Part shown: positions 11,450-22,870 of the stretch, in pieces
Layout: the number at the start of each line of letters is the position of its first letter
Numbering within the stretch: position 1 is the stretch's first letter
Source of the DNA: Lama guanicoe
Taxonomy: Eukaryota
Direction: 5' to 3'
Assembly: GCA_013239625.1 (NCBI GenBank)
Contig: MU054049.1
Coordinates: 197,015-261,014 of the forward strand
Length of the DNA: 64,000 nt
Made by a program: the position numbers and the translations under genes
The notes under the pieces: generated by a model
The model's input: only the letters and a program-made list of their open reading frames with translations
What the model was told of the DNA's origin: nothing
Databases searched by the model: none

Positions 11450-12460
11450 ACTCCTAAAGCTTTTCCAGGCATTGTAATTTTATTACATTAAACACTGTCC
11501 TCTTGCTTCTGTTTTGCTTATCCATCTATTTTTAAACCCTTTCATTCTAATAGAATGAAACAAAGCTCAGTGAATTAGTCTTCATAACCTTTGAGAATGG
11601 AGCATCTCGGCAGACTAAGATTTAGGTCTGGAGGGACAGATTCTAGCCATGGATAAAGTGGGCATGGACCCTGGGTACTCCTTATTGGTCACGGACCTTA
11701 GGCTGGGTAGGTATGAAGTGAACACTCTGTAATGTGCTCAAGGATGAACAATTTTGTAGAAGATAAATATCTCCTTTTTGCATCTGGAAAACAAAGAAGG
11801 AGTGGAGGGGAGTCATCTGCTATGGGTTCTTAGTAAGTCTGGGACCAAATGTCTGGTGTTGCCTTTCTTAAGTGGTCGAAGCAGTGAGGGGTGACGCTGA
11901 GCCATCTGCACCAAGAAACCTTCCCAAGGGGTTTTGTGACAGCACTTGGGCTCGTAGAAGGCCCCTGTGGTAGCCAGTGGTGTTCTTGAAGGCAGTCAGT
12001 TCTGCTGTCCTTCCCAGCACAGAGAAGGCCAACCTTCCCTGTGGGAGAGGGCCATGTGACTAGTTCTGTACCATGGATTGTAAGTGGAAGTGATGTGAGT
12101 TACTTCTGGATGGAGCATTTAATTGTTGGGGAGCAACTCACACAGTTCTCACCCCTCTACAATGTGCACTCCAGGTGTTAGAGGCTGTCAGCCCACCCTC
12201 TGAGTCAGGATAGTGAAGAGCACCATCTCCAGTTGACCAGCTGTGGACATTAACCTCAGAGAGGAATCGGCTTGTTTAATTTTATGGTTGGTTGTTACTG
12301 CAGCACAGATTAGCCCATACTGACTAATGGAGCCTGTCAGGGCCACTTGGTGCAGGCATTTATTCCTACTGCCTAGGTGTCTGCCTGGCTAACACGGCAT
12401 GATGACCAGGACTATGCAGCAGTGCTATCTTATCAAGAATTACCTGGGGTAAGGATGTCT
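11450..12460 (+). pseudogene. two decayed EWI-like V-set domains, second split by an MLT1J-like LTR
   Basis: AFPGIVILLH*TLS; ETKLSELVFITFENG; LEGQILAMDKVG..YSLLVTDLR (cf. IGSF8 YEGRHIAMEKVA); LVSLGPN..EAVRGD; after the LTR GAGIYSYC/VSAWL. Confidence 0.6.
11966..12330 (+). mobile_element. MaLR LTR (MLT1I/J-like)
   Basis: 'ggccatgtgactagttctg..gtaagtggaagtgatgtg..acttctgg..gagcatttaattg'; end 'ttgttactgcagcacagattagcccatactgactaat'. Confidence 0.8.
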
Positions 12461-12519
12461 GGGACAGCTAGGTTTTCTGATTAATAGAGGAATATTAGAA
12501 TTCTGAAGGCATGGGATTT

Positions 12520-12830
12520 TATTTTTTTCTTAATTGTACACAGATGCAAACATACTATTTATGAATTTTGTTTCCTACTCTTTCACTCATCTTAAACATT
12601 TCTTCTTCTTGTAGAATTTGTAAGCATCGTTTTTAATGACTGAATAAATATTTCAAAGTGGATTATGAAAGAACTTACTTAATCATTATCCCCTGTGGTG
12701 GGACTTTTAGATTGTTTGCAATTTTACGCTAGTATAAGTACCACTGCAATGAACATCTTTGTGCATAAAGCTTGCATTCTGTTTAATATTATTTTCTTTG
12801 GCTAGGATCCCAGAATTGGAATACCTGTAC
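12520..12830 (-). mobile_element. old L1 (L1ME-type) fragment
   Basis: 'ggacttttagattgtttgcaattttacgctagtataa..ctgcaatgaacatctttgtgcata'. Confidence 0.75.
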
Positions 12831-12879
12831 AGAAATGTCATGACTTTACCTTTTCAAAAGATTCATTTAAAAAGTAAAG

Positions 12880-14300
12880 CCTTCATCCACACTGATGCCA
12901 CAGGATGGCCAGTCTGGTGAAAGTAACTTAGTCTTTCACAAATGATTGTCAGAACTTGACCATCATCCTGTCTGTTGGCTATCACTTTCCAGGCTTATAG
13001 TGATGTGGGCCAAGTCTCAAAAGGCCAAGCCATCCTGGAGGAATCTGATCAAGTAACGGGCTCCCAACAACTTCAGTTCAGTACTCTCTGGCTCTAGTCC
13101 AAGTCATAAAATTCCTAGGGGTCCACCACCCTCCTCACTCAAACACCTCCATTCTACTCGCTGGCCCCTAGGGTGTCTCCTGAGGTCCAACACAGCCTTC
13201 ATCTTCCACCTTGTGGATCCCATGCCCTCTGCAATCCCAAAGCTCATGTCCCCTTTCAAGATCCCTGGCCATTGCTTCTCTCTCCAAGTGGCAATATCTG
13301 CAGATCACTGTGGTCTTACAGGCTGAAATGTGGGACGGATACTCTCTACTCACTCCTGTAAAGCATCTTAATTGGGTCACACGCCAAGGTCCTCTAGTGG
13401 CCAGCTTTCCCTGCCATATCTTCCAGACCATTTCTTTAACCCATGGACTTTTATCCCTGGAGACTGAGAGATATCAGAGTGATTTCTAGCAGCGCTGTCC
13501 TCAAAACTGTTCTCTCCCTTTCATCCCCAAGCCTGGCCCATGTCCCAGGAAAGAATTTTCCTCTTATTAGTAATAAGGACTCCTTCCTTGACCAACTTTA
13601 GTCAAACTGAGCCCTTTTCTGGACTAAGCCTAGCCCTTGCCATGCCAAGCCCAGATACAGCAAAGAATCCTGACTGGCCAGCTTATCATGAATCTCCCCA
13701 TCCTTGATGTCCAATCAAGCTCCCAACTGTGGATACCCAACCAAGTTCCTCTATGCAGTTTTCTGTCCTCTCCCTTGCCCTGCCCACTGTCTGTAAATCC
13801 CCACCCATCTCTGTTTGTATTTGGAGTTGGGTTCAATGTCTCTTCCCTGTTGCAATAATCTTGAATAAAAGTCTTCTTTGCCTTTTTTAAAAAATCAAGT
13901 GTCAGAATAACTTCTCTTTGACAGGGGACATTGTTTTCCATCCAGAACATGCTCCCATGAGGAGTTAACTGGTGGAGGTGAGCTTTCGCCCTGAGGAATG
14001 GCTGGCAGCCCCGCCTACCATGTATATACTTCCCACAAAGAACGCGTAATTGGCACAAAGTCAACACCAGCCAGCTCACCATACCTGCTGCCTCGATCAC
14101 CCTGGCCATCACATACACACAGATGGGTGAGTCAGGAAGTGACCTGGATTCTTTCCGATCCGTGGAACCTGCAGTATCACACAGACTGTCTTGTGAAATT
14201 TCCACGCTGTGTATCTACAGTAGTTGGAGAGGTGAGAAACTCTGGTACAGGAATGTTCTGAGTGTCTTCTCTGAAGAACTGAGAAACCCACAGCCCACTT
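12880..14300 (+). pseudogene. run of about four decayed EWI-like domains, split by an ERV1 LTR
   Basis: LLAITFQAYSDVGQ..EESDQVTG; 92-aa ORF LWIPCPLQSQS..KW...LSLETERYQS; LFSIQNM...SF(C)RPEEWLAAPPTMY with EEWL at 13993-14004 (cf. IGSF3 LFIQNV..SCHVEEWLPSPSGMWY); QLTIPAASI; TCSITQ..RNVLSV. Confidence 0.6.
13565..13923 (+). mobile_element. ERV1-class solo LTR (MER90/MER110-like)
   Basis: 'gtatttggagttgggttcaatgtctcttccctgttgcaataatcttgaataaaagtc', ends 'ctctttgaca'. Confidence 0.75.
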
Positions 14301-15149
14301 ACCAGGCATCCCAGCCTCACCTTCAACTCACAGCGTTTCTTTACGGACCACTCATTCATTCACTCAACACATTTATTGAGTCGCTCCTATGTTATCTTGT
14401 CTTAAATTTTTGGTGGAGACTTGATAACTTCAGAGTTTTTTTTCCCCCACTCACTTACAGTTTTATTTCGTTTATTCAGCAAAGACTTTTGAGAAGCTGA
14501 GCATTCATGAGGTTCTGGGGACGCCACCAAGAGGCGTAAGATAGACTGAGGTCCTGCCCTTTTCAGCTCCCAGACTCAGAGATAAGTCTGCACAGATCAG
14601 AGGCCTCAGGCCAGGAAGGATGTTGCCCGGTCTCATTGTCAAAGACCTGGCCCCAGAGCAGAAAATGAAGCAATCAGACAATTGTTCCTTTGTGTCTGTC
14701 TGATAGCAAACATTCAGAATAGATTAACTGAGATAATTTGCATGGTTGAAAAATAATAAATGCTTAATATATTTCCTATTTTTTTTTCACTCCTCCTGTC
14801 TCTGCCACCTTCTTTCTCTTGCATCTTCCTTCTCTCCTTCCTAGAATCTTCCCAGAAGGCTCTTGAGGTCATTCAACTCTGTCCTTGTGCAAACTGCTCT
14901 CCTCGGTACCCTGACAGGAAGGTAGGGTCCTAGATGCCCCGAGCAGAATTTGAGAGGACAGAGCAGACATTATTCAGAATCTCTCAGTTGGGAAACCTGC
15001 TTTGGGGACTTCCACCCTGCCCCATCCAGCCCCTCCCTGGTCCTGTGATGAGATATCACCTCCCTCACTTCCCTTCCTTGTGGCCCTGGAGCCCAGTGAC
15101 ACTGTGTCTGGTAGTGTCTGCAGATATCGCTCCCTTACTAGCCAGCCCC

Positions 15150-15470
15150 AATGTCTAATCTATTATTTACTTAATATTGTCCTTAAAGTGATTCACTCAT
15201 ATTGCCTAAATAAATAAAACTGAAAGGGAAACTTTATATCATAAGTATAAATAGAGAATTATTAATATTTGCCACACATGGAATGGAACGATATTAAAAA
15301 GACAATGAAAATAAAACAAATTTATTAAATTCTAGCAAGATACTGTTTTGCCAAGTTTTTCAGACTGAAACTGTTCCATCTTTGTTAAAAATAGAAATTA
15401 TCATGCACTAGAGCAGTGTTACAGACAGGCTTTTATGTCTCAAAAGAGGACTGGAAAGAGACTAATAGCC
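15150..15470 (+). mobile_element. hAT-Charlie element (MER113-like)
   Basis: 'tattatttacttaatatt','ggaaactttatatca','ttattaaattctagcaagatactgtt'. Confidence 0.65.
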
Positions 15471-15489
15471 ACATTAGAAAATTCAGTGT

Positions 15490-16230
15490 TATTCATTCAT
15501 TTGTTAAATATTTACTGGGTGCCTGAGTGGATGGTCCTTAGGTCTAAGAGCAAAGCATTAAATATAAGATAGATAAAGTTTCTTCTGTGGTGGAGTTTAT
15601 AGTCCAGCAGGGAAGACAGACAATTATAAGTAAATAAATAAAAAAAAGCTAATTGTAAGAAGAAAATAAAGCAAAGAAAGAGAATTGAGTGGGATATGTA
15701 TTTGTCCTAGGGGAGGGGTGGTAGATTATGTTGTAGACATAATGAATTTTAGACATATTGATTCCAAATCAACATTTGAATGATGACTTGAACTAGGAGA
15801 AGTTGGGGCTGCAATGATCCATGGAAGGGTGCTAAGTGCATCAATGCTATTTGAAGCCACAGGTCCAGATGTGATTATCACAAGAGTGAGTGATGATAGA
15901 TGCCTGGGCTCTTGATGGAGAAGAGGAGGCACAGCCAGGGTGATGAAGGAAGGCGGCCTGCTGTGGTCCTCAGGGGTTCTGTGGAAGCACAATGAGGAAG
16001 AGGTGTTTATGAAGGATGGAGTGACCACTGCCAAGTGTTGCTGAAAGGCTCAACCAGATGGAGACAAAGAGTCCACCAGTGGGTCTGACAAGATGGCAGT
16101 TACTGGTGGGATTTTGGTGGAACAGTGGGCGGAGTGGCAAACAGCTGATTGGAATGAGAGGACAAGGAGCGAGGAAGGGGAAGCAGGGAGTAGAAACCAC
16201 TCCATACTCTTTCAAGGAATCGTGCTGTTA
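15490..16230 (-). mobile_element. L2 LINE fragments
   Basis: 'attcattcatttgttaaatatttactgggtgcc','ggagtttatagtccagcagggaagacagac','aagtgttgctgaaaggctcaaccagatg'. Confidence 0.75.
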
Positions 16231-17376
16231 CTTAAGAACTCACATGGGTAGCTGCTTCTGCCCGGAACATCTCATGAACCACCTGAAATCAAGCTTTGAA
16301 CCACATGGCCTGAAAATTCATCCTGGAAACCCCAGACTAATGGAGCCCCTTCCTGGTCCCCACCCCTGAGACTGGCAACATCCCGGGAGAGTGGCTCTCC
16401 AGGTCACTTCCCCCAGCACACAGCCCCAGAAGGGTCTTCCCTCTCTGGGAGCCGGCAGCCTCACGGGCCTGCACACAACACAGACGTTCAGCAGAAGAGC
16501 TGGTGCGCCCCCGGGCTCCGCGGCTGCACACAACCAGGGCCCTTATTCCAACACGCAGAGAGGCGCCAGGCGGGGCAAGTCATGCTCCAGCACAGATATT
16601 TATTGATCTTGATTCACCCGATCCAAGAAAAGCTTGGCCATAGAGCTTTCTGGTCCAATCGCAAGGGCACGGGGGTTGGGCATGGGTGAGAGAGAAGGAA
16701 ATGGAATTAAGAAAAAAAAAAATCTGTCCTTAAAAAAATAACTCTTTGTAAACTGGATTTCTGTGCGCCTGCTGCATGCAATAGTGAAATGCTCTGTTAC
16801 TCTTCCGAGGCCGCAGTGAATAGGGGCTCTGTTAGTGGCTGGCGGGGGCCTCCAGAATCCAAACACGCCAGAGAGATCGGAGAGCTGCCTTCCTGGAGTC
16901 AATTGTGAGCAGAGCCTGCAAGGAAGTGGGCCTTCCTCCTGCAAACCCTCCTCCTAAGTGAGACAGAAAGGTCCTTACATGCATGTGCATTTCATAATTT
17001 ACACTAAGAGAGAAATTAAACTGCACCCAGACCAGATGTGCATTTTCTTCCTGCGCTACGTTACAGGAAGCTGCCTTCCAAATAGCCTCATTCGTACCCG
17101 TCTTTTCTTTTGTGTATTTGCCCACCAAAATTAAGAGAAGCTTGCACGACCCCTCAGAAAAATTTGGGGCAGCTTGACTTCTTTTTTGGTAGGAAGAAAA
17201 AGACCAGGATAATTACTGACAGCCCACTAGGGACTGGGTGCCTGGTGTCTGCATTCTTCTTTAATGTGTTTTGCGGACAGGAAACTAAGGCTGATCAAGG
17301 GAAATGACTTGCCCAAGACCTTGGTGTGACTGAGATGTGCACCCTCTGATAAATGAATTCTTCTGATGTTTTCCAG

Positions 17377-19560
17377 CCCCTCTGACTTATTGGCAGCCAG
17401 TGGAGATTTCCATCCTTGACTGCAGGACTTTTCATGTTGCATAAGATGTAAAGTTATAGGCACTGATGGTTCACAGGTCGCTTCCCAGCTCCCGAAGCTG
17501 GCCTGCTTTGGGGACGGTTTCAACCTGCTAGTTTTGGGGACCATCGGACCTCTCTTCTCCAAAATTCAAAACCAGAAGGCAAAGTCAACCATTCTCTGCC
17601 AAAGCTGCGTTTCAACCATCCCCTTGGATCATCCACGACTGATGAGCACCTCTTGGCAGTTTTAGAGTCTACATTCACACTGCTAAGGTCCACAGGGAGT
17701 GGCAGTGAGTGAGCATGAAACATGCAGAGGCTGAAGATGTGAAAACTTCAGCCCGTCCTACGAAAGCTTCCTCTCCGAAGCTCTGAATCTGGGCTGGGAC
17801 GAGAGCTATTTTCTCTGAGGCTGAGCTCCCGCTCAAGGCTGGCGGCTTCAGTGTTACAGACCCAATGTGAACCTTCTGAGACGCCAACTCATTTACTCTT
17901 GGCAAAACCCGGCTTCCTCTCACAACAGAAATGAGAGTGTGGAAGGCTTGTAAAGTTGACTCCAAAGGCATCATGTGTATCTGCAAACTTTTAAAATCCA
18001 ACATTTGGATGAGCTCTGTGGCGATGGATCAGAAACACATGGATTAGATTTTCTTTAAATTGCACCGTGGGCCTCTGAAATTAGGAGAAAAGAGCTTGGC
18101 ATGGTCCAACTGGGAATGATGGCTCTCTGAGCACGGGAAGCATTGGCAAATGTTCCCCAGGCAGAAGATCCTTTGGCCGATTTCCCCTGACCCTCATTTC
18201 CCTCCCAGTGGGACCCGTTATGGGGCAAATGAAATGAAGAATGAAAGAGGACGTGAGCCGGGTAGGGAGAAGGTCCTCAGGAAGGCAGACTGTGAACATG
18301 GGGATTATAAAGACTTGGACAATTTGAGAGGTTTGGGATGAAGCACAAGTAGATTCTTAAAAGCTGTGTCTGCAAACAGGGTCTGTTGGCTTCCCCCTCA
18401 TGATCCAGGCAGTGTTCCTTCTGAGCTTGCAAATGAATGCGCACGTCCCTGAAACACTGTCCACTTCCCAGAGCCACCAGAGCATGCCCAGTGACTGGAA
18501 CTGCATGGAACCTTTCCGTGAAGCCCGGTAACATGTAGGTTGTGCCGTCACGTGCTGTGACTCGGCTGACGTTTGAAAGCGTGATCTGTTATTTTCCACC
18601 TGTTTACTTTGTCGACCAAGTGAATTTTATTTTGAAGACCTCACATGAGACTTGGAGATGGAATCAATTTTTGACATCCAGCCAAGACCAGATCTCTTGT
18701 GTTCAAGGTTAACAACCATCTGTTCTAGAAAAGGCCAGAAGGATAACAAGATGGGTGGAAAAGACACTGAAGGCGAGCTCTGACTCTGAAGCACTTGTGG
18801 ACCCACCCAGGAGCTGACGGCCCCTCACCAAGTCCACCATCGCTTGCATCATACTGATTTGTAACAGTCTGACTACATGTCAGCACCTGGCATGGGGCGC
18901 TGAGTCCCATCAGAACAGTCTGATTCTTTTTCATGGCTGAGGGGGAGAGGGGGCGGGCAGTGTGGAGCAGTGGGCAGAGCACAAGTTTAGGCACCAGACT
19001 GGCCTGGGTCTTAATCTCATTTTAGTCTTCCAGTTTTGGGAGACTTCATCACTGTATTCCTACCTTGCTCTTTGCAGCATGGGGCTTAAAATGATCTCAA
19101 CTCTGCTGCTCATGATCCCAGGTCAGAGGTCTGAGTTTACACACCTTCCCTGAGCTTCCTGTGGGCTTTAAAATCAGAGTTCTCCCTCTGTCTCTCCTAG
19201 CTAAACATTTGCAGCAAGAAGGCTGCTTGGGGTCGAAACATGTCGTGAAATTGATTGGCTGTTGTCACTTTTCTGGAGCTTCCTAGGTGGGTGGGATTGT
19301 AGGAAAAAGACGCATAAGCATCTGGAACTGAGGATCCGAGGTGTGGATGTGACCACGAGAGTGACTAGTGTCCTCACATCTGCTCCCTCTAGCTTGGCAC
19401 CACCCTCTTCTGCCGAGCAGGGCTTCAGAGGAGAGTGAAGTGAGCACCCTGGGCATGGGGGAGACAGAGATGTTAACACAGGTGACGGAGAGCAACCATT
19501 CTTCAGCTCATGTGTTCCTGCATGTTCTACTTTATAGTAAACATATAGCCCTTTGGTCAT
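17377..19560 (+). pseudogene. most complete decayed EWI-like gene: domain 1, about four further domains, TM start
   Basis: acceptor ttttccag|CC; PLTY..ISILDC..LPSS..ALGTVST..FKTR (IGSF8 ALGIVST..FKSR); TTDEH/LGSF; ANSFTLG (IGSF3 NSFSLG); LKSNI (LKSSI); LNCTV; KILW.ISPD..GTRY; ILKTSH; KDTEGE..LW; ELRIRGV; RASEES; SSAHVFLHVLLY. Confidence 0.7.
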
Positions 19561-20020
19561 TAGAAAACAAAGGACAAAAGGTTTTTTTAAAAGGATATGC
19601 AAAATGATGAGACAGAGGACGGAACAGATGTATCGCATTACAGGGGAGTGACGGGCTTAACTGCTGAGGTCAGGAGAGGCTTAGGAAAAGAGGATGAGTG
19701 GGGGCGTGTCCAGCCACCTGCAGACACATGGACACCAGGATTGTGGGTCCACACGAGGGGGAACAGGATGACAGGTTCTGGAACTAGGATCCACTCAGAG
19801 TTGCTGAAATGCCCACCCAGGAAGCGGTGGCAGGAAACCAGGAAGAGGAGAGATGGGGGCCTGATCGGAGAAGCTCTGTGTGCCAGCTATCATTTTTATC
19901 CTGAAGGGAGGAATAAAAGGCAGCCAAGCACGGGCCTGACCCAGAGGCCAGGTTTGCATTTTAGAGTCTCTTTGGAGTGCGTGAAACAGGGCTGTGGTCG
20001 GGAGACCACCTCATCAAGGT

Positions 20021-20252
20021 GTTTTTTTTTTTTTAATTGAAGTACAGTCAATTATTATGTGTCCATTTCTGGTGTGCAGCACAATGTCCCAGTCACACAT
20101 ATACATACATATATTCGTTTTCATGTTTTTTTTCATTAAAGGTTATTACAAGATATTGAGCATACTTGGTCGTGCTGTTGGGTTAAATAGAAACCTTTTT
20201 AAATCTATTTTTAAATATTAGCCACTATATATAAAAATAGATTTTTAAAAAG
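20021..20252 (-). mobile_element. short L1 3' end with inverted 5' segment
   Basis: poly-T, 'aattgaagtacagtca..ggttattacaagatattgagcata'; then tttttaaatctattttta / taaaaatagatttttaaaaa inverted pair. Confidence 0.75.
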
Positions 20253-20289
20253 TCTCTGTCAAGGGTTCTTTTGAACCCAACAGCACGAC

Positions 20290-20700
20290 CGCCCATTTTG
20301 GTAGTGGGCTGTGTCCGCGAGGAGGAGCGTTGCCAGGCAGTGGCCTGGATGACACCCACGTCCCCCTGCTCCTCACAGTCTCCCTCCCCTCGTCGGGCCA
20401 TCCGTCTTCATGATGTCAGGCATTGTCTCCGGAGGCAGCCGTGCTTGGAGAGGCTGCTGGATGGAAGCATTGTGACCCTAGGGTATTGAGAAATGAAGGC
20501 TAATTGACCACAGGAAAATCAAACAGATAACATCACTGGTGTTTGGGTTGTCTCCCGGTCACCCCTTCAGCTCGGCCTCAGCAACGGAGATGCCTGCCTG
20601 GGGCTCACCCTTCTTCCTCCCACTGGTGGAGCTGCCCACGGACGTGACAGATGCCCCTTCGTCTGGCACTTTCAAGTGGAAGTGAAGTGGGGTGGAGAGC
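20290..20700 (+). pseudogene. decayed EWI-like domain (IGSF8 domain-2-like)
   Basis: AVAW...LVG/IRLHD...QPCLERLLDGSIVTLG (IGSF8 VVGIRSD..APYAERLAAGELRLG); GLSNGDA. Confidence 0.55.
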
Positions 20701-21020
20701 GCTGCCTTAGTAGGGCAGAGCCTGGCCTCAAGGGCACGAAGCCCTTTGCTGCCGGCCTGGCCCAGTGGGACACCTGTCCCATCATTTTGGAGACTTTCAT
20801 CAGAGTGAAAAAAAATCTCACTGCTGGAAGGAATTCAAAGGCAGGGCCACACTAAGGGTCGTATTGTTCTTGCCTGGATATTTATAGCATTTAATTTGTA
20901 TAGAAATGGGTCGCTGGTAAAGTGTTCTCTCAAACACAATTTAGTAAGTTTTCACTGGGCTGGGACTGGAAATTTCAAGGTGATGACTCTGCTTCCAAGC
21001 AGCTCATGGTCGCTGGTGGG

Positions 21021-21066
21021 GTGTGTGTGTGAGTGTGTGTGCGCGCGCGCGCATGCGTGCATGCGT
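21021..21066. repeat. alternating (TG)n(CG)n(TGCA) tract
   Basis: gtgtgtgtgtgagtgtgtgtgcgcgcgcgcgcatgcgtgcatgcgt. Confidence 0.9.
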
Positions 21067-21279
21067 GCAGGGGGCAGTAAAAGCAGGAGTCACCACAGAA
21101 ACCAGAGGTTTCTAAGGGAAATTCAGGGAGGGACTGAGAGCACAGATACGGTCAGCTAAATCAACTGGGACCCCAACTTACAGTCAGGGAAACTGAGCCA
21201 CGGACTGCCCAAGGCCACACAGTGAACAGAGATTTGAATCTAGGAAATTGACTCAGGCCCCTGTGAGCCCTGGGACTAG

Positions 21280-21640
21280 GATGTGCGACGTCTCGAAGGA
21301 TGCAAAGCCCCCGGCAGCACTGTCACCAGCAGCTGCCTGCAGAGTGGCCGGTGCAGGATGCAGTGTAAGTCCACAGTCAGGTGTAATTGCTGTTCTGGTC
21401 TAACCCCGGGGGCAACAAAGATGAAGGCCGCTGCGGTAACAGGCAGGTGATTCAGGGAAGGGAACGCGTGACTTCCTATGACCCCCGACGTCACACGCTC
21501 AGCCCCACCTCACAATCTGCAGTGTGGCTCCAGCTCTTCCGTCTGCCTTTCCAAGTGTGTTGCTTGTTTTCAAAGCAGATGCCTTGACATGATCACACTC
21601 CACTCTGCCTGCCTGAGTCTCACAGGTCCATCTGACGAAG
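21280..21640 (+). pseudogene. decayed V-set Ig exon (domain-1-like)
   Basis: PGSTVTSSC..LLFW...RERVT..TLS/HNLQ..LSKCVA..HSACLSLTGPSDE; phase-1 donor GAAG|gtgagt at 21641. Confidence 0.55.
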
Positions 21641-21914
21641 GTGAGTCACTTTGCAGGATCTGGCTTGATGCCTTCATTCCACGCATCTCTGCTGAACACT
21701 TGCTCCTTGTTGGTCACCATTCTCAGCACCAGGGGTGGAGCACGGAGCGAAGCAAAACCACCTGGGGGAAGTGGAGCTTAGAGTGTTGGGGTAAGAGTTG
21801 ACCCCAAGAAAGGAATGGAAAAGAACTCCAAAAACTTAGGGAGGAGTACATACTGAGACATCCTATCTTCTCCAGTGGCCCAGGGTCTCTGCCTGCTTAC
21901 CTGCCACTCACTGA

Positions 21915-22100
21915 AGCAGCAATTCTCAAGTGTAGTGGCATCTTCTAAAGGGCTTGAGACAACACTGATGCTGGGACCCACCCAGGCTTTCTGATTCAGT
22001 GCGTGTGGGTGGGGCTTAAGAATGTGTGCTGTTAGCAGGTTCCTAGGGAAGTGGATGCTGATCTTGGTTGGAGGCACCCTTGGAGAAGCCCTGCTCTGGA
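21915..22100. mobile_element. MER5-type hAT-Charlie MITE
   Basis: 'gctgggacccaccca..ttctgattcagt..gggtggggc..aagaatgtg..ttagcaggttcc..gatgctg..ttggagaagccctg'. Confidence 0.8.
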
Positions 22101-22449
22101 GTACCATCTCATGACAGTAACATCAGAGGGGACTGGTGGGCGGGGGTAGACCTGTAGGCAGAGCTGCCTTGGAAGAGGGTGAAAGAGAAACCCAGAAACT
22201 ACTGCCATCCAGGAAAACCTGGATCCAGTGTGGCTTTCATCCTCAGAAATGCAGCCTCCTTGCAAATCCAGCTGTGTCCGAGTATTCCCAGGAATAAGTG
22301 TCACTGAACAGTATTGAATGGGATTGCCATTTTGCAAGATCTCAAATGAGAAGGGACCCACAGAGTGTCCCTGGTTGTGTGAAGGGCAGGGAAGAAGCAG
22401 GGAGTGAACACTTGTAGGTGGTACCTGCTGGCATGTACATGACAAACGT

Positions 22450-22640
22450 TATCTACTGCCTCCTCCCAACAGCCTTGAGATGGGCACCATGAGACTCATT
22501 TTACAGAAGAGGAAAACAGGGCTTAGAGAAGTTAAATAAATAACTTTCTCAAACTCACAAAAGTAGGGACCGGGAGAGCCTGGATCAGAACAAACTCCTG
22601 TGAATTTTTGGCTGCACAAAGCTACTCCAACATGAAGGAA
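22450..22640 (-). mobile_element. MIR SINE
   Basis: 'cattttacagaagaggaaaacagggcttagagaagttaaa'. Confidence 0.85.
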
Positions 22641-22870
22641 CTTGACAGAAATCAGGGGCTGCCCTTTAGAACAGGCAAAACTTGAGTCCCCATGAGTCTT
22701 TTTGTGGTGGACGAGCTGAAACAAGCTGTCATAGTCTGTACAGTACACCAGCTGGTTGTACACCCAGTGAGGTGAGAGTCCCAGGTCACTGGGGCACTTA
22801 CGAGATTCACTCTCCTCTCTTCTGTGACTGACGGCCACTGGTCCCCATGTGTGTGGCTCCTCAGGCACAT

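Noticed and set aside
17570..17670. I-set Ig ending KPEG..NHPLGSS..LLAVLE
   Set aside because: Alternative frames fit EWI domain 1 better (ALGTVST, FKTR, TDEH/LGSF); this shows the overfitting risk of reading by eye
20560..20660. B7-H6-like LSNGDACL..GRDRC
   Set aside because: Upstream sequence matches IGSF8 domain 2; a B7 assignment is not supported, though not strictly excluded
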